Below are positions 12,791 to 25,965 of a stretch of 64,000 nt of DNA, one piece after another. Positions within the stretch are counted from its first letter, which is position 1. Every line of letters begins with the position of its first letter. The notes under the pieces were generated by a model. It was not told where the DNA came from, searched no databases, and worked only from the letters and a program-made list of their open reading frames with translations. The stretch is from Hypanus sabinus (lineage: Eukaryota). Both the position numbers and the translations under genes were made by a program. The stretch covers positions 26,660,001 to 26,724,000 of the forward strand of contig NC_082722.1 of assembly GCF_030144855.1 (NCBI RefSeq). The letters are read 5' to 3'.

Positions 12791-13880
12791 TGTCACGTAC
12801 CCCGTGACCGGGTCAACAAACTAGCGGAAATGGAATATACAGTGGAGTTTTGTGGTACTGTAACTAAAGGTGTTTATTAGTAAACTAAGTAATACAGTAT
12901 CAAAAATGAAAATATACATATAAAACAGGGTTAGCAATGATAAATACAGAAGTGTAGGAATAAGAATCAAAACCAAGCACTGTCGTAGTCTTGGGGTAAA
13001 TGAATAGTCTTAAGATAATGCAGAATTCAGTACAGTTCAGTTTAGGTTGCGGTAGTTGCTGTTGTGANNNNNNNNNNNNNNNNNNNNNNNNNNNNNNNNN
13101 NNNNNNNNNNNNNNNNNNNNNNNNNNNNNNNNNNNNNNNNNNNNNNNNNNNNNNNNNNNNNNNNNNNNNNNNNNNNNNNNNNNNNNNNNNNNNNNNNNNN
13201 NNNNNNNNNNNNNNNNNNNNNNNNAACCGTCCGTTGTCGTCTTGTTCCGTTGCACTGATGTGATCATTCGGTTATGACCCCTCCGTTCTCGGCTAGACCA
13301 TTGTTCCGTGGTGCACTCGTCACTCTGGCGTGAGTGTACATACGCACACACAAGTCCCCACCGGTCCTGCCGTGACACTGTGAGCTTCGTGACCGATCTT
13401 CCGATTCGGTCCTCCAAGCCCCCACCTTCCTATGGGTTCACAACACTCACAGTGTCTCGTGGCTTGCCTGTCGGTGTCTCAGCAGACCCGTCTTTTACCT
13501 CTCTAGCGGGGTACCAGCCATCCATCAACTCCAAGTCCATCAAACTGGCCACTTCCTCCTGTCACAGCAGGCATCTGTCATCACTCTGCCGTGTCCGCAG
13601 AAATCCACACAAACAGGCCAAACGTCCTTGGCGTGAAAATCAACAATTAGCGAAGAAGCCAAAATACTAAATCATCCATTTTAATCCTTGTCTCTCTCTC
13701 TCCCATCTGCAACAGGATGCCACCACCCCCTTCATCTCTCTCTCTCTCTCGTTAGCAGCATAGTTCACAGGGGGGTCAACTCCGGACCCTATCTCCAACT
13801 GGTTTTCTCATCACACATAACACACCCACCCATAAAAGGATACTTACCGGGGACAAAATTCAACAGTACGGCACATTACA
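12791..13880 (-). mobile_element. LTR of a Gypsy-type element (contains an N run)
   Basis: TG...CA termini; both ends resemble the ends of the opposite-orientation element at 34449-36157; adjacent to a pol remnant on the same strand. Confidence 0.6.
13068..13224. other. N run (157 nt) inside the LTR
   Basis: Direct reading of the sequence. Confidence 0.95.
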
Positions 13881-13942
13881 GAGTCTAATATAATACAGAA
13901 GTAGTCATTAACTAAAAGAGTAACACAGATATACTTTCAAAT

Positions 13943-15125
13943 CTAACACCGAGATAAAGAACGAGCAATAACATTGTCAGTCTCCTTTACATGTTGTATT
14001 TTAATATCAAATTCTTTTAACAACAGACTCCAACTTAATAACTGTCTATTTTTATTCTTCATGTTAGTCAGAAATACCAATGGGTTGTGATCAGTATAAA
14101 CTAACAATGGCTTCTGTGCTGGACAAATGTAAACCTCAAAGTGCTGTAACGTTTGAATAAGTGACAGCAATTCTTTTTCTACAGTGGAATAATTTATCTG
14201 GTGCACATTGAACGTCCTAGAGAGATAAGCCACTGGGTGTTCAATTTCGTCCTCAGCTCTGTGCAGTAGGACTGCCCCTGCAGCCTCGTCACTTGCGTCG
14301 GTTGCTAGGGAGAAGGGTTTTGAAATGTCAGGTGCTTTTAACACCGGGTGGTAACACAGTATAGTTTTCAGCCTCTCAAAGGCTTCTTGGCAAGTATTGC
14401 TCCACACAATCTTTTCATTTTTTCCAGCGCTTTGTAAGAGGGAGGGCAATATCCGCAAAGTTCTTACAAAATGTCCGATATTACCCCACCATTCCCAGAA
14501 ACCTTCTCAGTGCCCTCTTATCAGTCGGAACGGGAAATTCAGACATAGTCTGTACTTTCGCCTGCACAGGGGCCAGCTGCCCCTGTTCTACCACATGTCA
14601 AAGATACGTGACCGTGGCATGGCCAATCTCACTTTAGGCGAGGTTCACTGCGAGATTGGCGGCAGACATCTCTTTAAACAGTTCCCCCACAGCCTCAATG
14701 TGCTTGTCTCACGTATCACTCCAAACCACTAAATCGTCAATGTAAGCCCCTGTGTTATTTAACCCTTTATTCACTGAGTCAATCATTCTCTGAAATGTTC
14801 CTGAAGCGATTTTCATTTCAAAAGGCAAAACATTATACTCATATAACCCTGATGGAGTGACAAATGCTGAACTTTCTCGAGCCCTGTCAGTTAAAGGAAC
14901 ACACCAGTATCCTTTTAACAAGTCAATCTTGGTGATGTATCTAGCCTTAGCCACTTTATCAATGCAGTCATCCACCCTTGGGAAAGGGTAAGCATCAGTC
15001 TTTGTGATGGCATTCACCTTCTTGCAATCTGTACAAAACCTTACACTACCAACAGGCTTCGGGACAAGCACGCATGGAGATGCATAGGCTGAGGAAGATT
15101 CCTGGATAATACCTACCTGTTAAGT
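13943..15125 (-). mobile_element. Ty3/Gypsy pol remnant (RT and RNase H)
   Basis: ORF 14709-15071 (LVPKP.GSVRFCTD..FVTPSGLYEYNVLPF..AYIDD) and ORF 13943-14458 (FSLATDASD..GAVL..PVAY.S..YTDHNPL..DNVIARSLSRC*). Confidence 0.9.
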
Positions 15126-15129
15126 ACAC

Positions 15130-15830
15130 CACTAATTGCAGGCGGTCATTCTTGATATCAAATTTCCACTGTCACCGTCTGACTCCCTTTACTACACCTA
15201 TGTTCTGTTCTTGTGCTCAGGTTGCAAGTTCACCCTGGATCTCATGTCATCTACCTTTCTATGCAAGTCTGTCATACGGGAGCTTGCAAAAGTCAATGAA
15301 GTCCAAGTCCAGTTGCTGCACTCAGCAATTTTCTTCATCACCACTTCAAAGCAACTCGATCAATTTGTTTAGATGAGATTCCACATGGCAAATCTATGTT
15401 ACGGACACTATTTCAACTTTTGTCTTTCCAAATTGTGATAGATTCTCTCTCTCTCTCCGATCCACTCCAGTATGCCTCCACGCACCGATGTTGGGCTCGC
15501 CACGTTCAACTCTCCTTTTGCCCCTGCAGATCTTCTTAAATAAACGCAAATTTGCCACTCTCCAGTGCTGCGGCAACACAATCCTAGTTAAAGATGATGC
15601 TGATAGTTTTGCTATAGGCCTTACAATTTCTCCTGTAGCTTCTCACAATGTCAAAAGATACACTTGATCAGGTGCCGTATGTTCATCAAATGGACTGTGT
15701 ATACGCCGTGAGCACCCCGTTCCCCCCACGCCTCTATTTTTCTCGTGTGCATCTGTTAAAAGAATAATGTATTTCCCCTAAATCCCTTAGCTTCCCGGAT
15801 TTTAACCACAGTAATGGAAATAATAATTTA
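15130..15830 (-). mobile_element. Degraded CR1 RT fragment
   Basis: PDQVY..TLWEA..(L)PQHWRVANLRLFKK, resembling CR1 PEDWRVANVVPLFKK. Confidence 0.6.
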
Positions 15831-16339
15831 CAACTTCGCCATCGTGATTTTTCAGTCGCTATTTCCTCATTTCCTCTTACTTTATATTCAGAAGTTGTAT
15901 AATGCTACCTTAGTGCTCTCATGATTTCAGGTGAACTATAATACAGCTCGTATTTCTGTCGGGAATTGCTTGAACCCGTTTACTATAGATGGCGCAAGTC
16001 TCCTTTCACCGAAACAGTATCTCATTATCCTTGTGAACCTGGATTCTCTGATCCTGTTGGTCTTTCCATTCTCTTTACCAGTATCACTCATGCATATTAG
16101 TGGCAGTTAATAGTGGGTATCGTCTTGAAGTAAGAGAAGAAAAAAATAAATGAGATTGCGAGCAATTACATCAGGCAAAAAAAAAAAACGCTGTAGACCA
16201 CCTCTGATCAGATAGAATTATTATTGATACAGACATCATTGTTAGAAAGACATTTTCCTGTGCTGTACTAGAATTACTTAACGGTTAAGAATCAATAACG
16301 AGCTGTGACTTTTATAATTTAGACGTAGTGAACCGGGGA

Positions 16340-16830
16340 CTGGAACATAGGAAACTACCCGTGCGAATTCGGAACGGCCATAAGGCGATATGTGGAAGTA
16401 GTAAAGGACTAAATGAGACGCAATCTGATAGGAGAGGACGTTGGACCATTAGAGAAAGTGAAGGACGAGCAGCAGCGAAGCTAGGTGAGGGGAACAGTAG
16501 GGATAAAATGAGACAGAAAGGGAAATGTGTGAGAGAAATTACTGAAAGTTAGAGAAATCAGTGTTCATATCAGCAGATTGGAGGCTACCGAGACGGAATA
16601 TAAATCCAGCTATCAAATGCCATCAACTTATGTCCCCCTCCGGCACTTAGCAGCTGCCAGCTTGTACGCGTTTCCCTCCCCTATCTCCTTATTGTGGCTT
16701 CTTCCCCTTCCTTTGCAGTCATGAAGAAGGATCTTACCCCGAATCATCAACTTTTTGTTTCTCATCATTGATGCTGAGCCCCACGAGCGTTTCTCTGTAT
16801 TTTTCGGGATTTCCTGTATCTGCAGCATTT
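16340..16830. mobile_element. Penelope-like fragments in inverted arrangement
   Basis: A purine-rich tract followed by a pyrimidine-rich tract and ..gggatttcctgtatctgcagcatt. Confidence 0.5.
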
Positions 16831-16943
16831 CCTATACTTTAGGCATCGACGTAGCCTTAACCATGTGACTACATAAATAATGATCACTTGATTATTGCAT
16901 CCGATGAATTTCTATATTTTCAGACAAAGCACTCTCATTAGCA

Positions 16944-16998
16944 ATGTCGGTCGTTGCAAACGTTTGGCCCGTGGTTCTTCTCGTCGCGTTTTGGCCAG
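16944..16998 (+). pseudogene. Copy B leader exon MSVVANVWPVVLLVAFWP
   Basis: 55 nt, hydrophobic, donor ag|gtacgc; same length and donor as the copy D leader. Confidence 0.8.
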
Positions 16999-17173
16999 GT
17001 ACGCTTAAATTTTCGTGCCCATTCTACGAAACAAATATGTTATGACATTATACATTTGCTACCCGCAGCAAATTCAGCTATACCAAATATCCATTTTGCT
17101 GCCTATTTTTGTCTGTTGATTCTTTGTACAGTGAATACAACTGTAATCATCATTTTCACTTATGCTTTGTCAG

Positions 17174-17479
17174 CCTCAAAAGGAACTTGGGGCAAAGTGG
17201 AACAATTCCCTCCAACTTTAAATGTCTCAATCGGTGGCAAAGTATCGATCTTCTGCAAATTTCCATTACTACAGGATACTGCTGAAGCGACATGGTGGAA
17301 GGACGGTCAGAACACATTTTTAGGAACAGACAGCAGAAATCAGTTCAATGTAAAGAAATGCAGGGGCACATTTACCCTCCTGAATGTGAGATATGCAGAC
17401 GTCGGCGTGTATTACTGTTAAGTGAAAAGTCAACAACAAATATTGGGATATGGAAGTGGCTCTCGGCTTAGTGTGTTAA
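17174..17479 (+). pseudogene. Copy B V-set exon with germline J-like end; premature TAA after YYC
   Basis: C..WW..DVGVYYC*VKSQQQILGYGSGSRLSVL; 306 nt, aligning without gaps to the copy D V exon (48/102 identical, counted by hand). Confidence 0.9.
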
Positions 17480-18665
17480 GTAGGTGTCGTTATTCCTGAA
17501 AGTGGAGAATTTTAATCTCTTTGTATTTTAGAAAAAGTTACGATTGCGGTAGTATTGTGAAATGGTGTTGCTGGTTTAGAATTTGTGGCACTAATCTACT
17601 TTACATATTTAAGAGAAAGGTAAAGATCATTATAGATCTTTTCGGATTGGTCCGTTTATTATTTCGATGTGATTCTGGAGATTACCTTTTGCTCCAATTA
17701 GTGTTTAGACCGTTGATGTTTCCAACCATACTTTTGTTATGTCTGTATTCCTACACAAACACCGTGTCCCCGCCTTGACCTATTCCTCAAACAGCCATAA
17801 CAGCTTTATCAATCTAATGCTTTAAACAGCGGATGAACTGAACCATCTAATTTTTAGACGTCGAATTTGATTCGGGTTAACTAGGGAGCTGTAGACAGAT
17901 TGTGTTGAAGGACAAATCACAAGCCATCTAATTCAAAGCGAAGCATTTCCAAGGTTAAACGACACCCGCCCGTTCTTCAGCCTGTTTACTAATACCACGT
18001 CACGACGAATTTCACCGATTTCGACCCTGCAGTTGCTGAAACGCATAGCTACAAATATTTATAGTAATTAATAAACATCGTTCACTCTGCCAAACTCTCG
18101 ATGAAATTTTGGTGAACGGGGAACATCGAAAACCCGTAATCAACTATTCAGTAAATTTACAGAGGAATATGTTCACCTTCCTTCTAAAGCCCAAAGGCAA
18201 ACAAAGCCACTTCGTTAATGTCAGTTACGTGTGCGTAAAACCTATACAGTGAAAAACACAGCTTGTTACGTGTGCTGCTCCACAGTGCCGATCATATTAA
18301 AACCAGTATAGTTATGCTGATTCACTGCCACTCATTTTGCGCTCATACAAAATTGACCTTGTAGGTGGTCAACTGTAAAATTAATCTTGTAAGAGCAGAG
18401 TTAGGGACAACAATAGCCAGTTCGAAGAAGAAATAAAGTCAATCGGAGCTCGCGCCTGTATTCCAAACAGGCATTCTTTCCCCACCTGTCACAAGCACAT
18501 CGGCATTGTCATGTTTACCTGCCCCCTGAAGCAATTAAAAAAATGACAAACTGAGGCGATTTTAAACGGCCGCATTGATAACAATTGAGAATGGTAGCGT
18601 GAGACGGACAGTATGTGCGATCAAATTCTAGCTAAATATTGTACGTCCTTCTTATTCTTTTGTAG

Positions 18666-18956
18666 GTCCACCAACTCCGCTGAAAATCATTCATGTTGAA
18701 GAAACATCATGTAAACCCCGGAAACTCATGTCTAAAACTGCAGCATTTTATCCGAAAAAAAAAACCAACATCTTTTGGCGAACAAATAATAAGGAATTTC
18801 TAACCAAAATAGAATCCTCAATAAATGAGAATTCAGAAGGACATTTTGAGGCTTCCAGTACTTTGGAAGATACGCAGCCTGCTCAGGGCAAAGTGGTTTA
18901 CACCTGTCTGGTAAATCACGAAACGCTAGAAATTCCTGCTATTGTAAGTGAACAAG
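18666..18956 (+). pseudogene. Copy B C1-set exon (B-strand Cys replaced by Ser)
   Basis: PTPLKI..KLMSKTAAFYP..IFW..VYTCLVNHETL; 291 nt, bounded by tgtag| and g|gtaagg. Confidence 0.85.
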
Positions 18957-19379
18957 GTAAGGCCGGAAGCATTTAAAGCAAACTCCAACCTGAATGAGAA
19001 TATGCCTGGCGAGCTGTACAAACATAAAAAAGAAAATATGAAATCTTATTTCTTTTTCCAACTGTTGTTGTGCATAGGGTTTTTTTTTTATAAGTAGCAT
19101 GGGGGTTGGTTCAGCAGTTTGGAGAAGAATTGAGAAAGTAAAAGAGAAAAGTGTAGATAAAGATAAAGTAAAAGCAAAAGTTGGAAAAAGAGAAGAGTAA
19201 GGGTGGAATGCAGAAAAGTCAGGTAATACGGAACGATAGGCAGGAAGGGAAGGGAGATGTGGAATCGTTCTCAATTAAAGATGAGATCAGTGAGAAGCGA
19301 TATAAGATCTCAGGAGCAAAATGCAGAATCCATCTGCGGAGAGATTAGGAATAGTAATGCAATAAAGGAAGGAAAGATC

Positions 19380-20400
19380 AATTATGGATTTACAGAAGTC
19401 TTTCGACAAGGTGCCACATAAAAGACCTATACATAAGATAAGGATACATAGAGTTGGGGTGATATAGTAACATGGATGGAGAAATGTCTAGCAAATAAAA
19501 AGCAGACAGTTGGGATACATCGGTCTTCCGCTGGATGGCAATCAGTGGTGTACCCAAGTTTGCTGATGATACTAAATTGTGTGGACAGACAAATTGTGCA
19601 GAGGATATAAATAGTCTGCAGAGAGAAATAGATATGTTAAGTGAGTGGGCAAGAGTCTAGCAGATGGAGTATAATGTTGGTAAATGAGAGGTCATCTACT
19701 TTGGAAGGAAACATGAAGATCAAATTATTAATTAAATGGTTGCAGCATACTTCTGTACTGGGAGTACTTGTGCATGAATCGTAAAAGGTTGGTTCGGTGT
19801 TGCAGTAGGGTATCAAGAAAGTAAATGGATTGATGGTTTTCTTTGCTGGAGGGATTGAATTTAAGAGCAAGAAAGATACGCTGCAATGGTATAGGGTACT
19901 AATGAGGCCAGATCTAAAATACTACGTGCAGTGCTGGTGCTCTTACTTGAGGAAGGATAGACTGTTGACAGTGAAGAGGATGTTCACCAGATTGATTCCA
20001 GAGATAAGAGGGTTAAACTCTGTGAAGAGATTTAGTCACCTGGGTCTGTATCGTTGGAATTCAGAAGGATGAAAGGAAATCTTACAGAAGCATATAAAAT
20101 TATAAAAGGGTTAGATAAGTTCGAGCCAGGAAAGTTGTTTCCACTGACAGGTGAGACTAGAACTAAGGGAAATCGCCTCCATATTCGGGGGAGTAACTTT
20201 AGTATGGAGATTAGGATGAACTGCTTTTCCGAAAGAGTAGTGAAATCACTGCCCACAAGGTTGGATATATTTTTGCATAGCTGGGGAATTCTGCATTATA
20301 GGGAAAGGCAGGCAGATGGACATGCGTCCCTCGTCGGATCAGCCATGATGTTATCGTCTCGATGAGTCAGATGGCCTACTGCTGTTCCTATTTCTTATGT
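19380..20400 (+). mobile_element. Degraded CR1 RT C-terminus and 3' UTR (a Penelope purine tract at about 19140-19360 precedes it)
   Basis: aagtttgctgatgatactaaa (KFADDTK) and ORF 20054-20365 (NLTEAYKIIKGLDK..LFPL.GETRT). Confidence 0.75.
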
Positions 20401-21189
20401 TCTTACGAAATACCGGAATTTATGCAGAGCGTGTCACATAGCAAACATTCCGATATATTTCAAAAAAAAAAGAAAAAAAAAACAAAGCTGAGATGCCAAT
20501 AGAGGTATTTCGACGGATACCGGGTGCAGGTCGATGAAGTAGATTTTATCATTACTTTTTTTCAAGGAGGAAATGTGAAGAATAGTTGAGTCTTATATGG
20601 ATTTCTACACATCACCAAGAATATGATTTTCTGGTTGTATAGTGGTGTTCTGCAGGGGTTGGTATTGAAATTACTTCTTTTAAATTTATTTATCAATTAT
20701 TTAGTGACGTAATTCATCGCTTTGTAGCAATGGTTTAAATACTCCAGCAGAATTACTGAAATAACGCCCTCTGGTAATGGTATTGATATATATTCTGAAG
20801 TACAATGCAACTCCATTTCTTTCCCTATGAGTCCAACCCAGCTCTATTTTGCTGCAGCTTGATAAATTTTTGAGAATGCCACAAATTTCACCAATATAAT
20901 ATGTGACCGGAAGATCTCTTTATCATGGTCATGATTTTTAATCCTACGTCATATTAGTGCTAAAGAAAGCACATGACATGGATGTGATATGATAGAAAAT
21001 GCAATTCAGTTCCATTATTCTCTCTATCCAATTGACTATTGCATTCGTTTGAGAAAAATCAATCATTTTCCTTCGTGCACTTTGCATTAATCTTTAGCCA
21101 TTTCTTAGAAAAAAAAACAAGATTTACTAATAGAAGATCGTGAAGGAATGCGTATTTAATAACTTTGGGGAAAATATCTGTAGGTGCAG

Positions 21190-21330
21190 GAACTCCAAGC
21201 AACACACACACAATGCTGGAGGATCTCAGCAGGTCAGGCAACACCAGTCCTGACAAATGTCTCGCCCGAAACGTCGACCGCTTTTCTCCACAGATGCTGC
21301 CTGGTCTGCTGAGTTCCTCTGCCATTAAAA
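21190..21330. repeat. Penelope-associated inverted terminal repeat (imperfect hairpin)
   Basis: ctcagcaggtcaggca ... tgcctggtctgctgag. Confidence 0.65.
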
Positions 21331-21966
21331 TACTTTATTTTCTGACAGTCTCTATATATGTATATATGTTTCACAGTTTCGTCTTCTTTTACATGATCTG
21401 GAAGACAGCAATAAATCTCCGATTCTTGGATGTGCTTTGGGCGGACTGGCAATTGTAATTCTGATTATAATTTTGATAAGAACCGGAGTTAAGAGGAAAC
21501 GTGGTAAGAACATGAATGATTTGATATCAAGATTTCCAAGGTTTTATCCGATTCACATTCGACGATACTAATTATAAATAACAGGATAATTATACATTCC
21601 CGTTCAACTTATACAATCACCCCTTGTACCTAGAATTTTCAGTCTCCTGGGGTTTTCAGGCTGTGACTTCCTGCGGCGATTTCGCACAAGTAATAATAAT
21701 CTTACTGCTATAGCTTGTTCTTTTGAGATATAAAATGACTGATGTGCTACCGCCACTCGACTCTTGCAATCAAAATCTAGATCCACCGCATTCATGGAAC
21801 GTCATGCACAACATAACTCATGACCACAATGTGCACCTCTACTACTTTGTATAGCTGTCAGGAGTTTGAACTTTCGGCAACAAATTTGATTGCAATCCAA
21901 TTCGCACCTTCAAATTTTCTAACATTACTTCTATTATTTAAGGTGTTTTATTTTTTAATACATTAG

Positions 21967-22010
21967 GTATTAATAGAACCTCTGAGGAAGCAAGTCAGAG
22001 TGGAGAACCG
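21967..22010 (+). pseudogene. Copy B stalk exon (G)INRTSEEASQSGEP, phase 1 to 0
   Basis: cattag| ... ccg|gtaagt; the phase links the C1 exon to the TM exon. Confidence 0.65.
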
Positions 22011-22049
22011 GTAAGTGAAACAACTTTTCTTTTAGCTTTTCAGTGGAGT

Positions 22050-23780
22050 ATATTAGAATCATAGAGAACCTACAGCACAATACAGGCCCTTTGGCCCACA
22101 AAGCTGTGCCGAACATATCATTATCTTAGAAATTACCTGTGGTTATCCATAACACTCTACTTTTTTGAGATCCGGGTATCTATCCAGGAGTCTCTTAAAA
22201 CACCCTATAGTATCCGCGTCCGCCACCATCGCTGGCAGCCCATCCTACGCATTCAACACTCTGTGTAAAACAATGAGCACTTGACATCTCCTCTGTACCT
22301 ACTTCCAAGCACCATAAAACTGTGCCCTCTTGTGTTAGCCATTTCAGCCCTGGAGGAAAAAAAAACCCTCTGACTATCCACATGATCAATGCCGCTCATC
22401 ATCTTAAACACCTCTATCAGTTCATCTCTCATCCTCCGTCGCTCTAAAGAAAAAAATGCCGATTTCACTCAACCTATTCTCATATGGTAAGTTCCCCAAT
22501 CCAAGCAACACACTTGTAAATCTCCTTTGCACCCTTTCTATGTTTTCCACATCCTTCCCATGGTCAGGTGACAAGAATTGAGCAGAGTTCTCCAAGTGGG
22601 GTCTGGCAAGGGTCCTGTATAGCGGCAACTTTACCTCCTGGCTCCTAAACTCAATCCCACGATTGATGAAGGCCAATGCCTCGTATGCTTTCTTAACCAC
22701 AGCGTCAACCTGCGCAGCGGCTTTGAGTGTCCTATGGACACAGACCAAAATGCCTCTGATCCCCCACACTGATAAGAGTCTTACTATTAAGACCTCTTCT
22801 GTTATCACAACTGACCTACTAAAATGAATCATCTTACACTAATCTGGGTTGAACTTCAGCTGCCATTTCTCAGCAGAGTTTTGCATCCTATCAACGTCCC
22901 GCTGTAACCTGTGACAGCCATCCATACTATCCACAATACCTCCAAACTTTGTGTCATCGCTATACTTCCTAACCCATTCCTCCACTTCTTCATCCAGGTC
23001 ATTTATAAAAGTCAGGAAAAGTAGGGATCCCACAAACAGTTCCCTGACGTACACCACGGGTCACTGACCTCTATGCACAATATGACCCATCCTCAATTGC
23101 TCTTTGCCTTCTGTGGACTAGCCAGTTCTGGGTGCACAAAGCAATGTCCGCTTGCATCCCGTGACTCCTTAGTTGCTTAATAAATCTTGCATGGGGTACG
23201 TTGTCAAATGCCTTGCTGAGTCACATCCTGAAAAAAAACGTATCAGTCTCGTAAGGCATGACCTGCCTTTGACAAAGCCATGCTGACTATTCATAATCCA
23301 ATTATGCTTCTCCAAACGTTCATATATCCTGTTTCTCAGTATCGTCTCCATCAACTTACCAACCACTGACGTAAGAATCACTGAGCTATCTCTACTCCCC
23401 TTCTTGAATAGCGGGAACAACACCCGCAACCCACCAATCCTCCTGAACCTCTGCCTTCCCCAGTGCTGATGCAAAGATCATCGCCAAAGGCACAGCAATC
23501 TCCTCCCCCGCCTCTCACAGTAGCCTGGGGTACATCTCGTCCGGTCCCGTTGACGTATCCAACTTGATGCTTTCCCAAAGCTCCAGCCCGTCCTCTTATT
23601 TAATATCTACATGCTCAAGCTTTTCAGTCCACTATAAGTTATCCCAACAATCGCCAAGATCCTTTTCCGTAGAGAATACTGAAGCAAAATACTTTATAAT
23701 TACCTCTGCAAACTCCTGCTGTTCCATACACACTTTCCCCCGTCACACTAGTTTGGTCCTAGTCCCTCACATCTTATCCT
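22050..23780 (-). mobile_element. 5'-truncated CR1 (RT and 3' UTR)
   Basis: ORFs 23169-23474, 22839-23057 (FINDLDEEVE..KYSDDTKFGG) and 22422-22832 (LYRTLARPHLE..LERVQRRFT-like). Confidence 0.85.
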
Positions 23781-24477
23781 CTTGCTCTTCACATACTTAT
23801 TGGTAGAGGAATATTGTTATCAATTACGACCTAAGCATGGGCATGTATGCGTATGCATGAGAACTGGTGACAAACTGACCGGCACAACGGTCCTTCAATA
23901 GTCCATAGTGTCGGACGACTAGTGACAGTTGTCCCTTCGTAAACTGTTAAGGCAAGGAGGAAAAAGGAAATAACTGCGGAAGGAAAATTATTACGAGAGA
24001 TGGGAAACTCATCCTACTCGTATAATAGCTTTTAAATATGCGTGAAGATCAATTTCAATCGTAAGAGATCATAGGGACTTTCAGCACCAGGGAAAACACG
24101 TTTCCTATCGTTTCTGAAATAATATACATCGCAATAACATTTACTGGTGTTAGAATGTTATTGTGCCGCATATTTACTCAATTGCGGTTAGGTTTTCATA
24201 CTCATATTCTCTTTATGGAATGGAAATTGCATTAGACTCTTCATAGTGTTAACTACCACTTTGTAACAGGCTGGAATAGCCCCAGTTGAACATGCCCTTG
24301 CCTATGCTACACGAATCGTGAGAAAAATCAAAATAAATCACAAGATCAGACACCAGGATAAACATGTTGTCTATGCAAAGGTAAAGCCAAACGTTTGGGG
24401 GTGGGGGAGATGCAAAATCAGCATTGATTTTTAAAGAAATAATTACAATTCATGTCTTAAACGATAAAAACGCTCAG

Positions 24478-24560
24478 GTCCAATTTTGGTGGTTGATGGT
24501 GGTCATCTGTCTTGATTGACAATGTCTCATGATAATCATCATCACAAGCCAATGCGGAAG
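24478..24560 (+). pseudogene. Copy B transmembrane exon VQFWWLMVVICLD*QCLMIIIITSQCG
   Basis: Phase-0 start fits the stalk exon; hydrophobic; internal TGA at 24517; donor ag|gtatgg. Confidence 0.6.
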
Positions 24561-25117
24561 GTATGGAGATCCTACGACGTCCAGTCGTGAAAATCCCCCT
24601 CTCGGCCTAATCAGTGTACTCCAAAGGAAAGCTTATAAAGCAATACGTTTGTCAACAGCTTGGCTGCAGGAGCGACCGGAATGATGTTCAATATCTTCCA
24701 TCCCGGATTTGCTACCTGGGTTTAGTCCCTTGGCTTTCGTCTCTCCCGAGGTTGCCCCAATGGGAGTATTTACCCATAGCTGGGGATCTGGTTCATGAAC
24801 ACCAGGGCTTGTGCATACACCGGTGGGCCTGGGTGCTACATGTTCAGCGGTCAGACCACCTCCCCGTCCTCTGTAAGCAGCCCGAGACAGCAAGTAGTTT
24901 AGTTTCCGTGTAAAATAATACCTTATAATATAATGCAAAACATGGCAACGAAACCAGTTTCTTTTGTTTCTTTTGACTTTTCAGTACAAACTGTTTTACA
25001 TGGCTGTAATCTGAAAATGAAAATTATTGCATGCATTATAATTATATCTAATAAATCTATCGCTTCGCTTTTTTGTTGGACAATTGATAAAGACTCGATA
25101 TTGAATTACTTCCACAG

Positions 25118-25252
25118 ACTCGACGTGGCGCAGATGAAACGGTGACACAAGCCGGACTGCAGCTTCCCAACAATAAAATATCGGCATTTAAGAACGACAA
25201 CGAGGATTCAGTGTACGCAAGTGCAAGGCTTTCGCAAGAAACGAGAAGCTGA
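25118..25252 (+). pseudogene. Copy B first tail exon TRRGADETVTQAGLQLP..DSVYASARLSQETRS*
   Basis: ttccacag|act; aligns with the copy A tail (GAD..T(Y/Q)A.LQ.P; second Tyr retained); followed by the shared aagctga.aatc motif. Confidence 0.65.
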
Positions 25253-25965
25253 CAATCGAAAAAGGGTTCGGTTCCGTGGACTGTGAACGAATGCATGTCC
25301 CACGGGTTGTTTCTCCTTATCTAGTGCAGGGAAACTAAAGGGCGACGGCTGACATAATACTGAAAGTTAAGAATAAGAAGAGTGGACATTTGGACAGACG
25401 AGCGAAATTTTATTCTGCCCCTACCAATATGCATTTTTACAAATTCATAGGAACGTCAAGGATATCAGTTTATCAAGGGTATCAGAAGTTTGCTCTAGTT
25501 CATATACGTCACTTTCAGAACAGCAATATCACTTACGATATTTCATCACGATATCGGAATGTCTTCTCGTGAGAAGCTCAAGTTCAAATTAAACTTCAAA
25601 TGAGTTGAAACAATCATCTGTGAGAGCAGTTGCGAAAATCAGCAGAAATAACTGAAAAATACGCTTGTATTGTGAGTTAACCAAATATTTAGTAACATGA
25701 CTATTACTTCAATAAATTCTCTACTTTCCTAATTAGATTTTGAGAAAATTCATTTAAATAACGAAATAAACGGTTATTATTCTGTGGGATAAGACAGACT
25801 CTTGCCGTTCAAACTCTATATGAATCAAAAAAGGGAAATCTTCAAGAACGCTGACATAAACTTCCTGTAAAGCGGTAGGAATCTGAAATTGAAATTTAAT
25901 GAGTATTTTGCGATCGTTTGATTGAATTGATGACTCTACGTTCGATTTTGATATTACCTCCACAA

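Noticed and set aside
18281-18304. RSS-like CACAGTG with nonamer-like ATTAAAACC in the V-C1 intron of copy B
   Set aside because: The spacer is 8 nt (not 12 or 23), the site is 800 nt from the V exon, the J-like motif is already joined, and copy D has no equivalent.
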